Notes under the pieces: generated by a model
The model's input: only the letters and a program-made list of their open reading frames with translations
The model's database searches: none
Told to the model about the DNA's origin: nothing
Shown: in pieces, positions 1 to 11,605 of the stretch
Layout: every line of letters begins with the position of its first letter
How positions within the stretch are numbered: the first letter of the stretch is position 1
Made by a program: the position numbers and the translations under genes
Origin: Klebsormidium nitens
Lineage: Eukaryota > Plantae > Klebsormidiophyceae
Reading direction: 5' to 3'
DNA: 64,000 nucleotides
Assembly (NCBI GenBank): GCA_000708835.1
Contig: DF237053.1
Span: forward strand, 138,023-202,022

Positions 1-267
1 TGGCATTTTTAAAACATCAGATTGCACGCCGACACAATGTCAAAAGCGGCCAATTTCCAGTACACCAACCCATTGAGCGAGGACCCCCTACAGTGCTTCA
101 AAGACTGCTTATCAGAGTTCGCCCACCGTCGCAACTCCTGCCCAACGGACCCCTTCGCTTCTCCGCTTGTCTCCCCCGAAGTTTCCGACTCCAGCACCAA
201 CTCTAAGCTCCACAATCACGAGGAGTACCCCCCCCTCTCACCGCGATCGCACTCGCTAACTGCCCAG

Positions 268-3200
268 GTTAGGGCTAACCAGGTTTTTGCATTGCAAGAG
301 GGGCTGGAGAGCCAGGGGGCCAGGCGACGGCCGAGGGTTTATAAGGTCAAGTGTGACGAGATCAGGGGGTGGGGATTGGTGCTTGAGGAGAATGTGTCGC
401 TACTTGATCCTGCTTGTCACCTCGTGGCTGTGAAGAAGGTGGGTTGCATTGCCATTTGGTTGACGCTTATCATTCGAAAATGATTCTCTGCTTCTAGTTG
501 GGAGAAAGGCTGCTTTAGGGACAGCTTTGCCCGGCCAACTTCACTGTGTGGGGCGTTATCCGCGGTTTTGATCGTAATGACGTCTCTTTTCACCAACGAA
601 AATATGTGAACCCTTTTTCTGTTTCTTGATTGCCCACATTCAGCATTTGCCCTTTGAGCCGTCTTACGGCGCAGTATCTCTTGATGCCTTTGATAAAACT
701 GAGATTGTCCGTTGACACAGTGCCCGTGACTCGAGTTCTATAGTCGGTGTTACTTGGAATCTTTTGCATTTTAGGAGCAGAGAAACCACCGCCGTCAGCC
801 CCGTCAGCTGGTGAATGCACTATGAATGTTGGGGGATGTTGTAGGATACACCAAGTGGCAATTGCCCCCCAATGGCCTGAATCATAACACTAACCATCCG
901 GGTTTTGAAGGTACTTCCAGTCTGACCCTCAAGGACATTAGTTGTTGGGCACTTTTTACTTCGCCCAAAGCGAGCCCTTATAGAGTCCAAGGGCAGACAT
1001 CACACCTTCCAGAAGAAGCCAATGTATACTTATCTTTGCTCCTGCAAACATTCCTCCAAAGGCATGTTACGAGGTTGACAGGACTTTCAAGATCTAGAAA
1101 ATCCATTTGCGCAAGACTCTTATGTCTTTCATCTCCTTCAGGACGGAAGGCTAGGCTTGCGCAGTGGCCTGGCCCAGGGCCGTCTACTGCGGTGCAACCC
1201 GCAGCTCGAGCTGAGCTTCGTGCGCGGGAACCTGGAGAGTTGGGAGGTCAGTTTCTTCTCAACGTGGTGAAGATTTATTTTCGAGACCCAGAGTATTCTT
1301 ACCTCTTTTGTATGTTCAAAGGCCAGTCCTAATTGTTTGGAGTGTTGCTGGGTCCTTCGTAGGTTTGCAAGAAGTCTGGGAGCTGGAACGTAGCTCCTTG
1401 TTTGGTTACTTTGGGTTTTTCTTTGAGCAGGAGTTCTTCGATTTTGGAATGTCGGTCCGTTTCTGTTCCATTGATGCAGTCTTTACTTTGTGGGCAATCA
1501 GGATTAGTGGTCATCTTGCCTGACTCAGTTTCGGAAAAGGTACAAAGCGAGTGATCTCCAACGTATCACGACATGGGCACTTTCCTCTGAAATACTCGTA
1601 TTCGCAGGGAATGACTCTCTTGATCTACGAGCAATTTCGCGGCTTTTCTGGCCACTCGTACTTGCAGTGGATATCCTTCCACCAAGGGCAACTTTGATCC
1701 GCCGTTTCATTTGATTGTTAGAGTCTTTTGATACTTCTTTTCCGGTAGTAAACGCCATACTCAAAGGGGACATAGAACTTTAGCAATCGATTCTCTGGCA
1801 CGGCCAAAGAGCCTTGTAACCTACCTCTCTCGTCTGCAGGCTTGGAGCCTTCGAGGAGAGACTTTGTCCGATTGCCTGCTGAAGAATCGCCGCTTCAAGA
1901 AGGAGCTGAACGTAAGTGCATTGGTCCCTTTTATTCGTCATCTGATTAACGAGCAGTAGATTGGTTGATCATGTTCACACGTGAACTGTTATGGGAGCGT
2001 CTTATGCTAGTTGCAGCATGTAAAGTGCTTCGAGTCCCCATAGTGACGTCAGCTTCTCTCTTACATACATTCTTTCTCCTTGATGCCATGTTTTTTTTCA
2101 AGATTTGGCTGCCAGCAATCTTAACCCTTGATACTCCCACCTTGAGGCTATGTAGTTAGGTAAAAAGGGTTTCAAGTCACGAACTTACATTGTTGTCAAA
2201 TGTATTAAGCAGGTTTTGCAGAGTAATGTGTCTGGTCAGGTTTTTTCTGGTGTTGTAATTGAGCATCCCCGTTAGGAAGGGAGTTCAGCGGTTTCATCGA
2301 GCGGCCAACATGTCCCCTGCAACATGCAGATCAACTTAAGCACAAGTCAACCTTGAAGCAGGCTGCAATAAGCATACACTGTTATTTTTCCAAACGCAGG
2401 TTTCGATCATGACCATCGGCGAGGTGGTCGACTCCCCCGGGAACGTGCGGTTGACCCACGACGCCGTTCTCGCAGCGGAGGCGCTCGCATATCCGGGCCC
2501 GTACGTGTCTTCCTCAGCCAAAAAGAGCCCCTTCATTTCATCAGGGGGGCTCCAAAACGGGGAGCGGCAGGGGGGGGCTTCTGGGGTGAGCGAGAAGGTG
2601 CGCTTCTTTGATGGGCTGCCAAACGGAAGCGCTGAAGGGAAAAGTGTACACGGGAAAGTGAAAGTGGATAGGGATTTGGAGGAAGAGATGGATGCGGTGC
2701 GGGGAGAATTCGACGGTGCAGAGAGCGCTCTGAGGACGATCGACGGTGCAGAAAGCCTTCTGAGGGAGATCGACGGTGCAGAGAGCACTCTGAGGACGAT
2801 CGACGGTGAGGAGCGCGAGTCGAGGGCGATGAACGGCTGCAACGGAGACGAGGTGGGACAGAAAAGTGAGCGGGCGGTTGGGAACCTCGACGATAACGAA
2901 GGGGGCGAACTAGAGCGGGGCTTTGTGGCACGGGAGGAACGCCACGGGCGGAAAGGAAGTCCATATGGCAACGGATTGAGTCTGGACAGAGATGAACGGC
3001 TTCCGGACGGAAACGGACTGGATGCGGACGGAACGGAACGTCAGCCTGACGAAAAGGAACAGGACCCGGACGGAAGGCCACGGAAAATGGACGGAAACGG
3101 ACCCAAGGCGGACGGCTTCAGACCGCATTCGGACGCAATTCTGCGGTGTCCGGATGAGGGCGATGTCGTTCTTTCGGACGCTTACCAGCTGGACGGTACT

Positions 3201-5638
3201 GACAACGAGATTCTTGTGAAAACGGCGCTGGTAGATGGGCCGGTTAGGCGGGAACCGGATGGGATCGGTTCGGACGGCGGGGTTCAGACAGGGAGCGTTT
3301 CGGACAGCGGGGTTCGGACAGGGTTAGGGAGCGGTTTGGACGGTGCGGTTCGGATGGGGTTAGGGAGCGGTTCGGACGGCGGGGTCCGGACGGGGTTAGG
3401 GAATGATTCGGACGGCGGGGTTTGGACAGGGTTAGGGAGCGGTTCGGACGTCCAAACGGGGGGTCGTCGTGGGGAGGGAATGCGAGCGGGAGCGGAGGCC
3501 GTGGAGGAGGTGAGGACTGGAAGCAAAAGCTTTGCGCGAAAAAGTGAGGCTGTGGTGTTAAGGCGGTCGGACTTGCCGCATACGTGAGTGACAATCTTAA
3601 TGTCCCAACTTGACTTCGTCCTCACCCGCGGTACAGCGCCCTGCAAAGGAGAAAGTTTGCGGCTAGGGTTTGCTGAAGGTGACTACTCCGTCTCACACAC
3701 ATGTACTTCTGCCTGCTCTCCATCATCAGCCCGCACTTATGGAAACGTGCAAATAGACGGGGAAGTTGCGCGTCGGCAGGCTATCAGCGCCACACACATC
3801 TGAATCGGGTAACCGTGGATCAGTTTTTCAACTCCCAGTCTTTCACGCGCGCTTAAGGCGTGTTGCCTTTACAAATGAGCGCCCCAAGAAGTTCTGCTCG
3901 AGGTCAGACCGTGGCTGTTAGCGGTCGATCTATTCACGCACACATGTCAATATTCTCGAAGCTTGGTTAAGTCCCTAACCTCCACCCTCGATCCGCAACC
4001 AAGGCGCCTTGCAGCAAAGAGCGAGCGTCCGACTCCGTGCCGCCGCTTTTACCGGTCGAAGTGTCACTTACACACAACAAGAAAAGACATCACTGAGTAA
4101 CCCTCCTAAAATATGGTCTCACCCTCCACCGATACTCCGCAGTTGTGACGCCTTGGGGCAAAGAATGAGCGCCTGTGCCGCGAACTTGCGCTCGAGGCCG
4201 CGGCCAAAGTTTTTCAGCGTCATTCTCACACGATTTGTTCAAACTCTTATTTAACTTCCTAAACCTCATCATTAACCCGCAGTTACGGCGCCTTGCGGCC
4301 GAGAACGAGCGCCTGCGCCACGAGCTCGCGCTCGAGGTCGAGACCGCGGCATTCCAGCGGTCCGATCTGCTGCGCCAGCTGGAGAAGGAACGGCACCGGA
4401 CGGAGCAGCTGCAACTAGAGCTGCAGCAAGCCGGGTCCGGACGGTCCACACCGTCGTCCGCAAGGTACGAACCGTTCGAATCTAACTGTCAATTCTCCGT
4501 GACAAAACAACGTGTTGCTTTCTCACTGTCAGTCCGTCATGGATTGACACGCGGTTTTGCGGTCGCTGCAAACCAGCTGCCCACATGGGAATATTGATCT
4601 GGACCCTTTGGCGTTGATCGGAAAATAAATCGAATTGCCCCATAACTTGGAGAGTTTGTCCTGAATGTGCGTAGCTTGCGGCGGTCTCTGAGGCATACAA
4701 AAGGGCTGGATTAATTTCCGGCAATTGCCCCGCATATCAAGCGCTCTTTCAATTAAGTTTTACGAAAGCTCCTCAAGCCGTTGATAAGATGCGCACAATT
4801 TGGCAGCAAATTCCCTGGCGACGACCTCACGTTCATTCCGCCCCCACGTCTGTGCAGGAGGCGGCTCACCTTCCAGGAAGACCGGAATAACGCTGCGAGC
4901 GTGGCGGAACGGGTGGAGGGCCAGCTGGCGGACGCCGTCGCGAGGCTGAACGGCAGTCGAGAGGTAATTGCCTCTTCAAGCTGCCGTCAGAAACTTCATG
5001 AAAAATTGAATCCGTTCTGGTCGCAGCACGCCTACGGCAGGGAGCGTCCTTTCCGCCGCTTTTCTGCCCTGTCATTGTCTCCTTGATCCTAGGACAATCG
5101 GCTTCCGAACGTGTAATTGTTGACATAAGGGCACTTTTGTTTAGCTTTCCTGCCGTAACGACACCCTGTTCATGTAAGGACGTTTTTGGTGGTCGGTGGT
5201 CATTGTGTTCCCAGGAGCTGTCTGCTCATTCGGATAAAGCATTCTTGCATACAGCGCGTCGAAAGGTTTGTAGTGAAGTGCCTCAAAGCGGTCTGAGAGA
5301 GCTTCTTGTTGCTTATTGCCTCCCCAATCCGTCGGTACCAATTCCTCCCTTCGTTCTGTACATAGGCTGCAATGCTCTTGAGATTCCGCGACTGAGACGC
5401 CCCATCGTCTACCTCAATCACCGACTCCTTTTCGCAGGCTCTTTGCGCAAGGGCAGACAGGGCCACTCAAAGCACCGGCCAGGAGTCCGTTTCGCCGACG
5501 TTCTTGCAGCGCCTCGTAGCGTGGACACGTGTCACGCTCCGGACGTCCCGGACCGTACTGCCCTGGTTCGTCGCGTTCGGATTGGGCATCTGGCTGACGC
5601 GATTGAAAGCCAAGCGGAGACAACGTTTGAATGGCTAG
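268..5638 (+). CDS. Uncharacterised protein with repeat-rich linker, coiled coil and C-terminal transmembrane anchor (5' end uncertain)
   Basis: Hand-spliced exons 268-438, 1205-1246, 1840-1911, 2400-3509, 4283-4464, 4858-4963, 5438-5638. All are bounded by AG/GT and stay in one frame (1884 nt, ending TAG). Coiled coil LRRLAAENERLRHELALE...; hydrophobic tail VLPWFVAFGLGIWL followed by basic KAKRRQR. Family not recognised. The first three exons and the start (possibly ATG 37) are less certain. Confidence 0.6.
2713..2810 (+). repeat. Coding 30-bp tandem repeat (DGAESALRTI x~4)
   Basis: GACGGTGCAGAGAGCGCTCTGAGGACGATC-like units read directly from the sequence, in frame in exon 2400-3509. Confidence 0.85.
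3262..3460 (+). repeat. Coding 36-bp tandem repeat (GSGSDGGVRTGL x~5)
   Basis: TTCGGACGGCGGGGTTCGGACAGGGTTAGGGAGCGG-like units; the translation repeats with a 12-aa period. Confidence 0.85.
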
Positions 5639-6567
5639 ATAGCTGAAACCAGTGATTATATACGAAATTTTGAGTACGTGCAATACTTAGTCAAAGCTCT
5701 TGAGCGGATACAAGTCAGAAGTTAGTGGGTGCGGTTGTTGGTTGTCAATCGAGGAACCCGCATTACCACTGCTTAAAAAACTAAGTGATTGATAGAAGAA
5801 CGATTCGGGCTGGTGGCCCTTGTTTTACTTATACTAGTAGATGTACAGTTGATCTATGCGTAAAAGTGAGTAAGTGGAGCATTGAGCGGTTCACTCTTTG
5901 CAATACATATAGACTTTGTTCTGAACGCGATGTATGTACGAAACATGACAAAGAAGCACCTGTGGATGCACAATCGTCCACGTACACTGATGTACGACGG
6001 TGCGCATCAAAACTAGAGCTGTAGACAATGGACTGGCGCGGCGATGTCAATGAAGATCACTCAGTAAATCCGTATCGGGATTGAGTGGATGGCCGCGCAC
6101 CATCGGATGCAAGCGAGTTCTAGTTCGATGTCGTGCACGTACATTTTCGATTCGTTCAACAACTCGCACTGCATCACTTGCCCATGTGCAATGAGTCGCA
6201 ATGCAATTAACGCGACAGTTCCTAGATGCTGCACTTGTGCACTAGACAGATTTGCTGAATGGTCTCCCTGCCTGGCATCCGACCATATGCATGCACGCAA
6301 ACTCAACAGAAGCTCAAATGAACTTGCATCCGCATGCCAGTATGTGCCGTTGACCTAGCGTTGGGGCGGAAGGTCCGATCGTCCTGATGAGTGCCATGAT
6401 CGCGTTGAACTCTATTTGACGTCATGCGCTTCAATGAATTTGCATGTGAAGCGCTTCAAGTGTAGAACAGCTAGCTTTCCGATCGGCCTGGTCGAATTTG
6501 AAGGTTTACAAAGAGATTGATATGAGAATACAAAGTCGTGAAATCCCAAAGCTTCGTCCGCTCTACT

Positions 6568-9500
6568 CTACAAAACGTCATCCGGGAACACTGTTCCGCT
6601 AGGGAGCGGCTTGGTTCGTGGGTGCATCGCGGCTATACACAGGGAGTGAGGCAGAAAGAAAAAGAGTCCTAAGAAGACAAGAACGCCCAGATCGGCCTCT
6701 TCTCCGACCGCGGGTATTCGCGGTACGGACCAGTAGGTCCGCTGTATGCACCAGAGGCAATATAGACTAAGGACGGCTAAGAGAAAAAGGGCGGCGTGTC
6801 GAGTCGGGGGGGTAGGGTTCGTGTTAAAATGTGGGGGAAGTAAGGTCCCGGTGAAGCTTGACCTGCTAAAAGAGGAACGCTCAAGTCACGGGTCAGGAAA
6901 AGGGATGGCTCCCAATCTCGGCTGAAGGAAGAAGATGCGTAAGCCGGGCTTAGACGAGACGGGCGTCCTCGAAGAGAACGGAATCATGAGCTGACGGGTT
7001 GAGCGTCGCCAGAACTGAACCAATAAACTCGCATTGGATCGCGAAGAGAGGGCTCATGTATGGGAAGTTTCTGGCTCTTCATGCCTTTCCCAAAATGAGC
7101 CAACAGGACCATTCCCACTCATCCCCACCTCACCAATAGATCCGGGCGATTCCCCAAGCAATGCACAGGAGGGAACTCTGAGTACGCTCCACAACTTTCA
7201 ACGGTTGAGAATAACGTATTGAAGTCTTTGACGATCAAAGAGCTGAGAGAAGCGAGAGCAGTAACCTCACGAGAAGTCTGGAAACGAACAGGAAAAGCTC
7301 TAGCGCTGATGCTTCCCCTATAAGGAACGTCTAGAGAAGTATGCAAACTTTCAATCGGCCCCTCACCGGTAGATTCATGCAAATCCCCCGAGCAGTGCCC
7401 AGGAGAGAGCCTCGACTAGTCTTGCTAAAATTCAAAGGTTGACAACAAGGTGGCGAAGTTCTCAACGATCAGAGGGCTAAAAGAAGGAAGAACAGTATCC
7501 CTCACAAGAAGGCACGAGTACTCTGTCACGAACAGAAAAAGCTCTGGCGCAAGAGCTTCGCCCATAAGGAACGTCATTTCTCATAACGACGTTCATTAAG
7601 AAAACGATGCAATTCCTCAATCCGTCCCTCACCGGTAGATCCACGCGAATTCTTCGAGCAGTGCACAGGAGAGAGCCCCTGACTACGATCCAGAAATATC
7701 GATGGTCGAGAACCAAATTTAAATGCCTTCAAACGGTCAAAGGACTGAGAAATGCAGGGTCAGTATTCCTCACGAGAAGGCAGGACTACTGTCACGAACA
7801 GGAAAACCTCTGGCGCGTGATGCTTCCCCTAAAAGGATCTTCCAGAAAATTATGCTAATCCTTAACCCGCCCCTCACCGGTCAATCCACGCAAATCCCCC
7901 GCTGATTGCACAGGAGAGAGCCCTGACGACGCTTCCTAGAGGGTAACGGCTGACAACAAGGTGTTGGAGACTTTACCGGTCGAAGCAAGAAAAGTATCCC
8001 TCACCAGAAGGAGGGAATACAAGTCACGAACAAAACAGCTCTGGCGCGTAATGCTCACCGGTACATCCACGCGAATCCCCCGAGCAGTGCACAGGAGAGA
8101 GCCCCGACTACAAGCACAGCCGCGACATCGACCGGGGCGTCTGTCTCCCACCACCCGGTGCTTATCACCCACCGCATCATGGGGGTGCGGCCCTCCTCCT
8201 GCGAACAAACGGTGACGTCATAAGGCGGGCCCATGACGTCGTCTAACATATCTCGCATGGTGATATGTAAGTTCCGACCAAATTATCGATATGAAAAGTG
8301 TGATCATCCGCCGCATCATGGGAGTGCGGCCCTCCTCCTGCGGCCCTCCTCCTGCAAAGAGACCGTGCCTCTGGAACAGACGATCTGTACAACTGAGTAG
8401 AACCTATTGGACGGCTCACGGTTGGCCTCTTCAAGCCGCCCTCTGAATCCGGTCTCACTGGTGTGCTACTCACCCACCGCATCAAGGGAGTGCGGCCCTC
8501 CTCCTGCGGACCAGACATGACGTCACAAGGCGGGCCCATGACGTGGGGCGGTCTCGAAGCATACTCCCTGAGCCTTCTGCGTTCTTCGATTGTTGTGCGT
8601 TCTTCGATCCACCCCCGCCGCTTTTCGCCTGGCTTTCGCTCGACCGTTCCGCAGCGCACTCTCAATCGGTTTCCGGAACCCATATCATGTACAAATTCTG
8701 AGCGTTTCCAGGCCTCTTCCCAGACATCCGCGATCCGTCTCTCTGAGCTTCTTTCGACTCTAGCGTGCCGGTCCAAAGCTCTCCACAACGACACCGTAGC
8801 TTTGTTCCCAATGGAATTGGCTCCACTTTCTCCTTGATTTATCCCGGAATTTCTTCGATGGCAAAAGCAGTTGAATGCAAGCAATCATCCTCATGAGGGA
8901 AGTGATCATTATACCATTGACATGACATGCAATTCAAAAAGGTTGTAGTCCGCATGTGTCAGCATGACAGAAGCTCCACTCTTGCGATGTTGCCAAAGCG
9001 CTGCTTCGTGGCTTGCTTGGGAGTTTGTTGAGCGTTGCTGCATTTAGTTGCGCTGCTACCATCTGCTTATGAAATGAAGACTGTAGCTTATAGGTGCAGT
9101 AACGGGGGGGCGACCAGCTGGCAGGAACGCCGAGGATGACGGGGCAGGGAAGGGGGATTCGCAAAGGACGACAAAAGGGAGACAAGTTCGAAGTAGCAGA
9201 AGAATTGCATGGGAAAGAACAAATCAGGTTCCAAGAAAGCAGGTGCCCACCTCAAATAGGTTGTCTAAGAAAAAGTGGGAGATGCCCCCCGCCACGACCA
9301 GAAGGGAGCACTGTCGAAAATTGAGAGGAGCCTGCAACAATCAGTGAAAAATAGATTGTCTGAACCTGGACAGCGAGGCTGGCTTTAACCAGACGGAATT
9401 TTTTGGGCCACTGAAGATTCCCAATTGGGGAGACTGATGCCCCTCAACCGAAACCCAGCTGTGGACGATAGTAGTTGAGATACTTGAAGGTTCCGCTTTC

Positions 9501-10390
9501 AGAAACAGGTCAAGAAGGATATGATTGACTTCAAGGAGTGAGAGCCAGGTTTTGCATCACAGAAGTCGAGCTAAGACAGCCAATCAACAAAAGGGCTTTC
9601 GTCTACCAACCCAGAATCCACTAAAACATGGAAATTTTCGAAGGCAAGTGAGCACGACAGAAGAAGACCTGACCTTCTGAAATGATCGGCCAATCAAAGC
9701 AGGGAGACGAGCGGGATAAGAGAACGTCTCACGTTTTGAATAGATTAGCTAACCAAAGACAGGGCGTTTCTTCAGAGATCTGACCGGTGTCCAATCACCT
9801 CTCTCACAAGCTTCCGCACCACCGAACTCTTCAGAAATCCTAGCGGCGCCCCCAAAACAGTTGCATACCCCAGCGCACAATGAACTGACCGCATCAAATA
9901 GCTGCACAAATGAGGAGTTGTCTACTGTTTTGAAAATTGCAATGCTCACCTCTCTCACAAGCCCCCTGGTAACCCAACTTTACACAAACCCCAGCGGCGC
10001 TCTAATAGAATTGCCTACCCCAGCGGGTCATGAACCGAAGTCATCACGCGGCCGCACTTAGAAAAATTGGTCCAGCCTTTTGTAAACAGCAAAGCTTACC
10101 TCTCTTACAAGCCTCCACGTAACCCGACTGTACGCAAACCCCAGCGGAGCCCCCATAAGGATCGCATACCCCAGCGGATCGTGCACCAAACGCATCACAA
10201 CAGCTGCGGCCTTTTCTCCTGCCCCAGATGTCATTGCGAGCCACTCGCAAAAGGACCCAATGTCGGGCCCAAAGAAGCCATTCAGGGCGTATATAAGGGC
10301 ATGGGCGGGGGAGAACCTATGGTCGGACAGGTGCATAAGGCCGAGGGATGTGCCGAGGCAGTAGCCTAAATGGGCGCCCGGGCCGGGCAT
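6568..10390 (-). CDS. Conserved green-plant multi-pass membrane protein (MPGPGxH...FFGPDIGSF family), 268 aa
   Basis: Exons 10390-10100, 9331-9251, 8198-8059, 6862-6568 (807 nt, canonical GT-AG, in frame). Motifs MPGPGAHLGY, NGFFGPDIGSF, SHFFLDNLFEEEG, STGWWE and PAVGEEADLG match an uncharacterised land-plant family as I recall it. Confidence 0.85.
7255..8120 (-). repeat. Diverged ~250-bp tandem duplications spanning the exon 3 donor of the membrane-protein gene
   Basis: CTCACCGG-x-ATCCACGCxAATCCCCCG...GCACAGGAGAGAGCC recurs at ~7362, 7628, 7873 and 8054 (the real one), along with shared intronic blocks such as AGTATCCCTCAC and GTCACGAACA...CTCTGGCGCG. Confidence 0.85.
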
Positions 10391-11605
10391 CACTTTTTCA
10401 GGGGGTGAGGTGGGCTTAAGATCGGTTAAGATTTCTGGATCCTTCTATGGTAGAATATATGGTGAAGCTCTGACCGGAATGTGCTCAAGGGAATGTGCTT
10501 GGAGGAGAGCTGATTGACGGTTGAGGGCTCTCATGACGGGTCGAAAAGTGCTCAGTTTTTGAAGCCTCTTGATCCAAAAGTGGTTCTAGGTTTGCAGAAC
10601 TGGGGCACTAGTACTAGATAAATGCATGTGGGTAGGAGCTGAATGTGTGCGCATCCAGACTACGGCGCCTTGATTGTGACTTCATTTTCAAAGGTGCATT
10701 GTTTTGCCACTACTTCCAAGAATCCTTGTAAAGTCATTCGGCAATCTCTGTCCTTTTTGGGTTCAATAGAATGGTGGATTGTGCCTCAGGAGCCCACCAT
10801 TTCTCCTCTGATTTCATGACCGGCAGCATTTTGTAGCTCAAGCCTGAGAGTGCTCCACACCACTGTTCCATCATGCGGTTTTGCTCACAATACCTGATCA
10901 TGCTTTTACATACTCATTCGCCTTCCACTCCCGTGTCGTGACGTAAAAGTTACTTCTACCGGTGCCCATTTTTTATACCACCACTTTTATCAAGCCTGCA
11001 ATCAAGTTCAGGTGGCCTGTCTGGCCGAATGTGCTGCAATCAGCTTTTGTTCGCAATCCTTCCCCGTATTGATGCTGGTTTTTCAGCCTCGCTGCTTGCA
11101 TCCCCTAAGTGAGTCAGAATTTTGTGAATGCGGCCCATGGCGCCAACTGCTTGAACGGGCGTCGCCCTGTTCCAGTATGCGCCAATTGATGCGAATGAAG
11201 GACTAATTGAAGTGGCCTTCTGAAGGATGAAGATGGCACCAAGGAGAGGGGGATCCCTGAACAGGTTAGTAGGAGCTATTTTGGGTTAATATCTTTCCAA
11301 GGTCTGTTCCCGAGTCGATCCCCGCGCTAGGTTAAATAACACTAACCATTAGCCGCGTATGATCAACACTGGCAGACTGCATACTGTTCCAGCTTGGACA
11401 TCCCTGAACATGCACAATCTGGGGCACAATCCAGAGGCTGAGAAGGGGGATGGCCGCTGCGACTGTAAGCGTCTTCTGACATAGCGGTGCATCGAGGGGA
11501 GACCTAGCTGGCCCCTCTTGCTTGTAGCAGAGAAGCATCCTGCATCGTCAGAAACATTTTGAACAGCGGCGGACGTTAGTCTATTCTGGTGCCAGCCAAG
11601 TAAAC

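Noticed and set aside
3320-3440. Interstitial telomere (GGGTTAGGG motifs)
   Set aside because: Isolated motifs within a coding 36-bp repeat, not tandem telomeric arrays. The same applies to the MITE cores.
2336-3646. Antisense ORFs (2336-2971, 2533-3081, 3244-3594, 3284-3646)
   Set aside because: Shadows of a GC-rich, repeat-rich sense exon, with low-complexity translations.
6560-10400. Retrotransposon or LTR element suggested by the long repeats and ORF 8243-8884
   Set aside because: No gag, RT, RNase H or integrase motifs. The repeats are duplications of this gene's own exon junctions, and the ORF is a chance read through intronic echoes.
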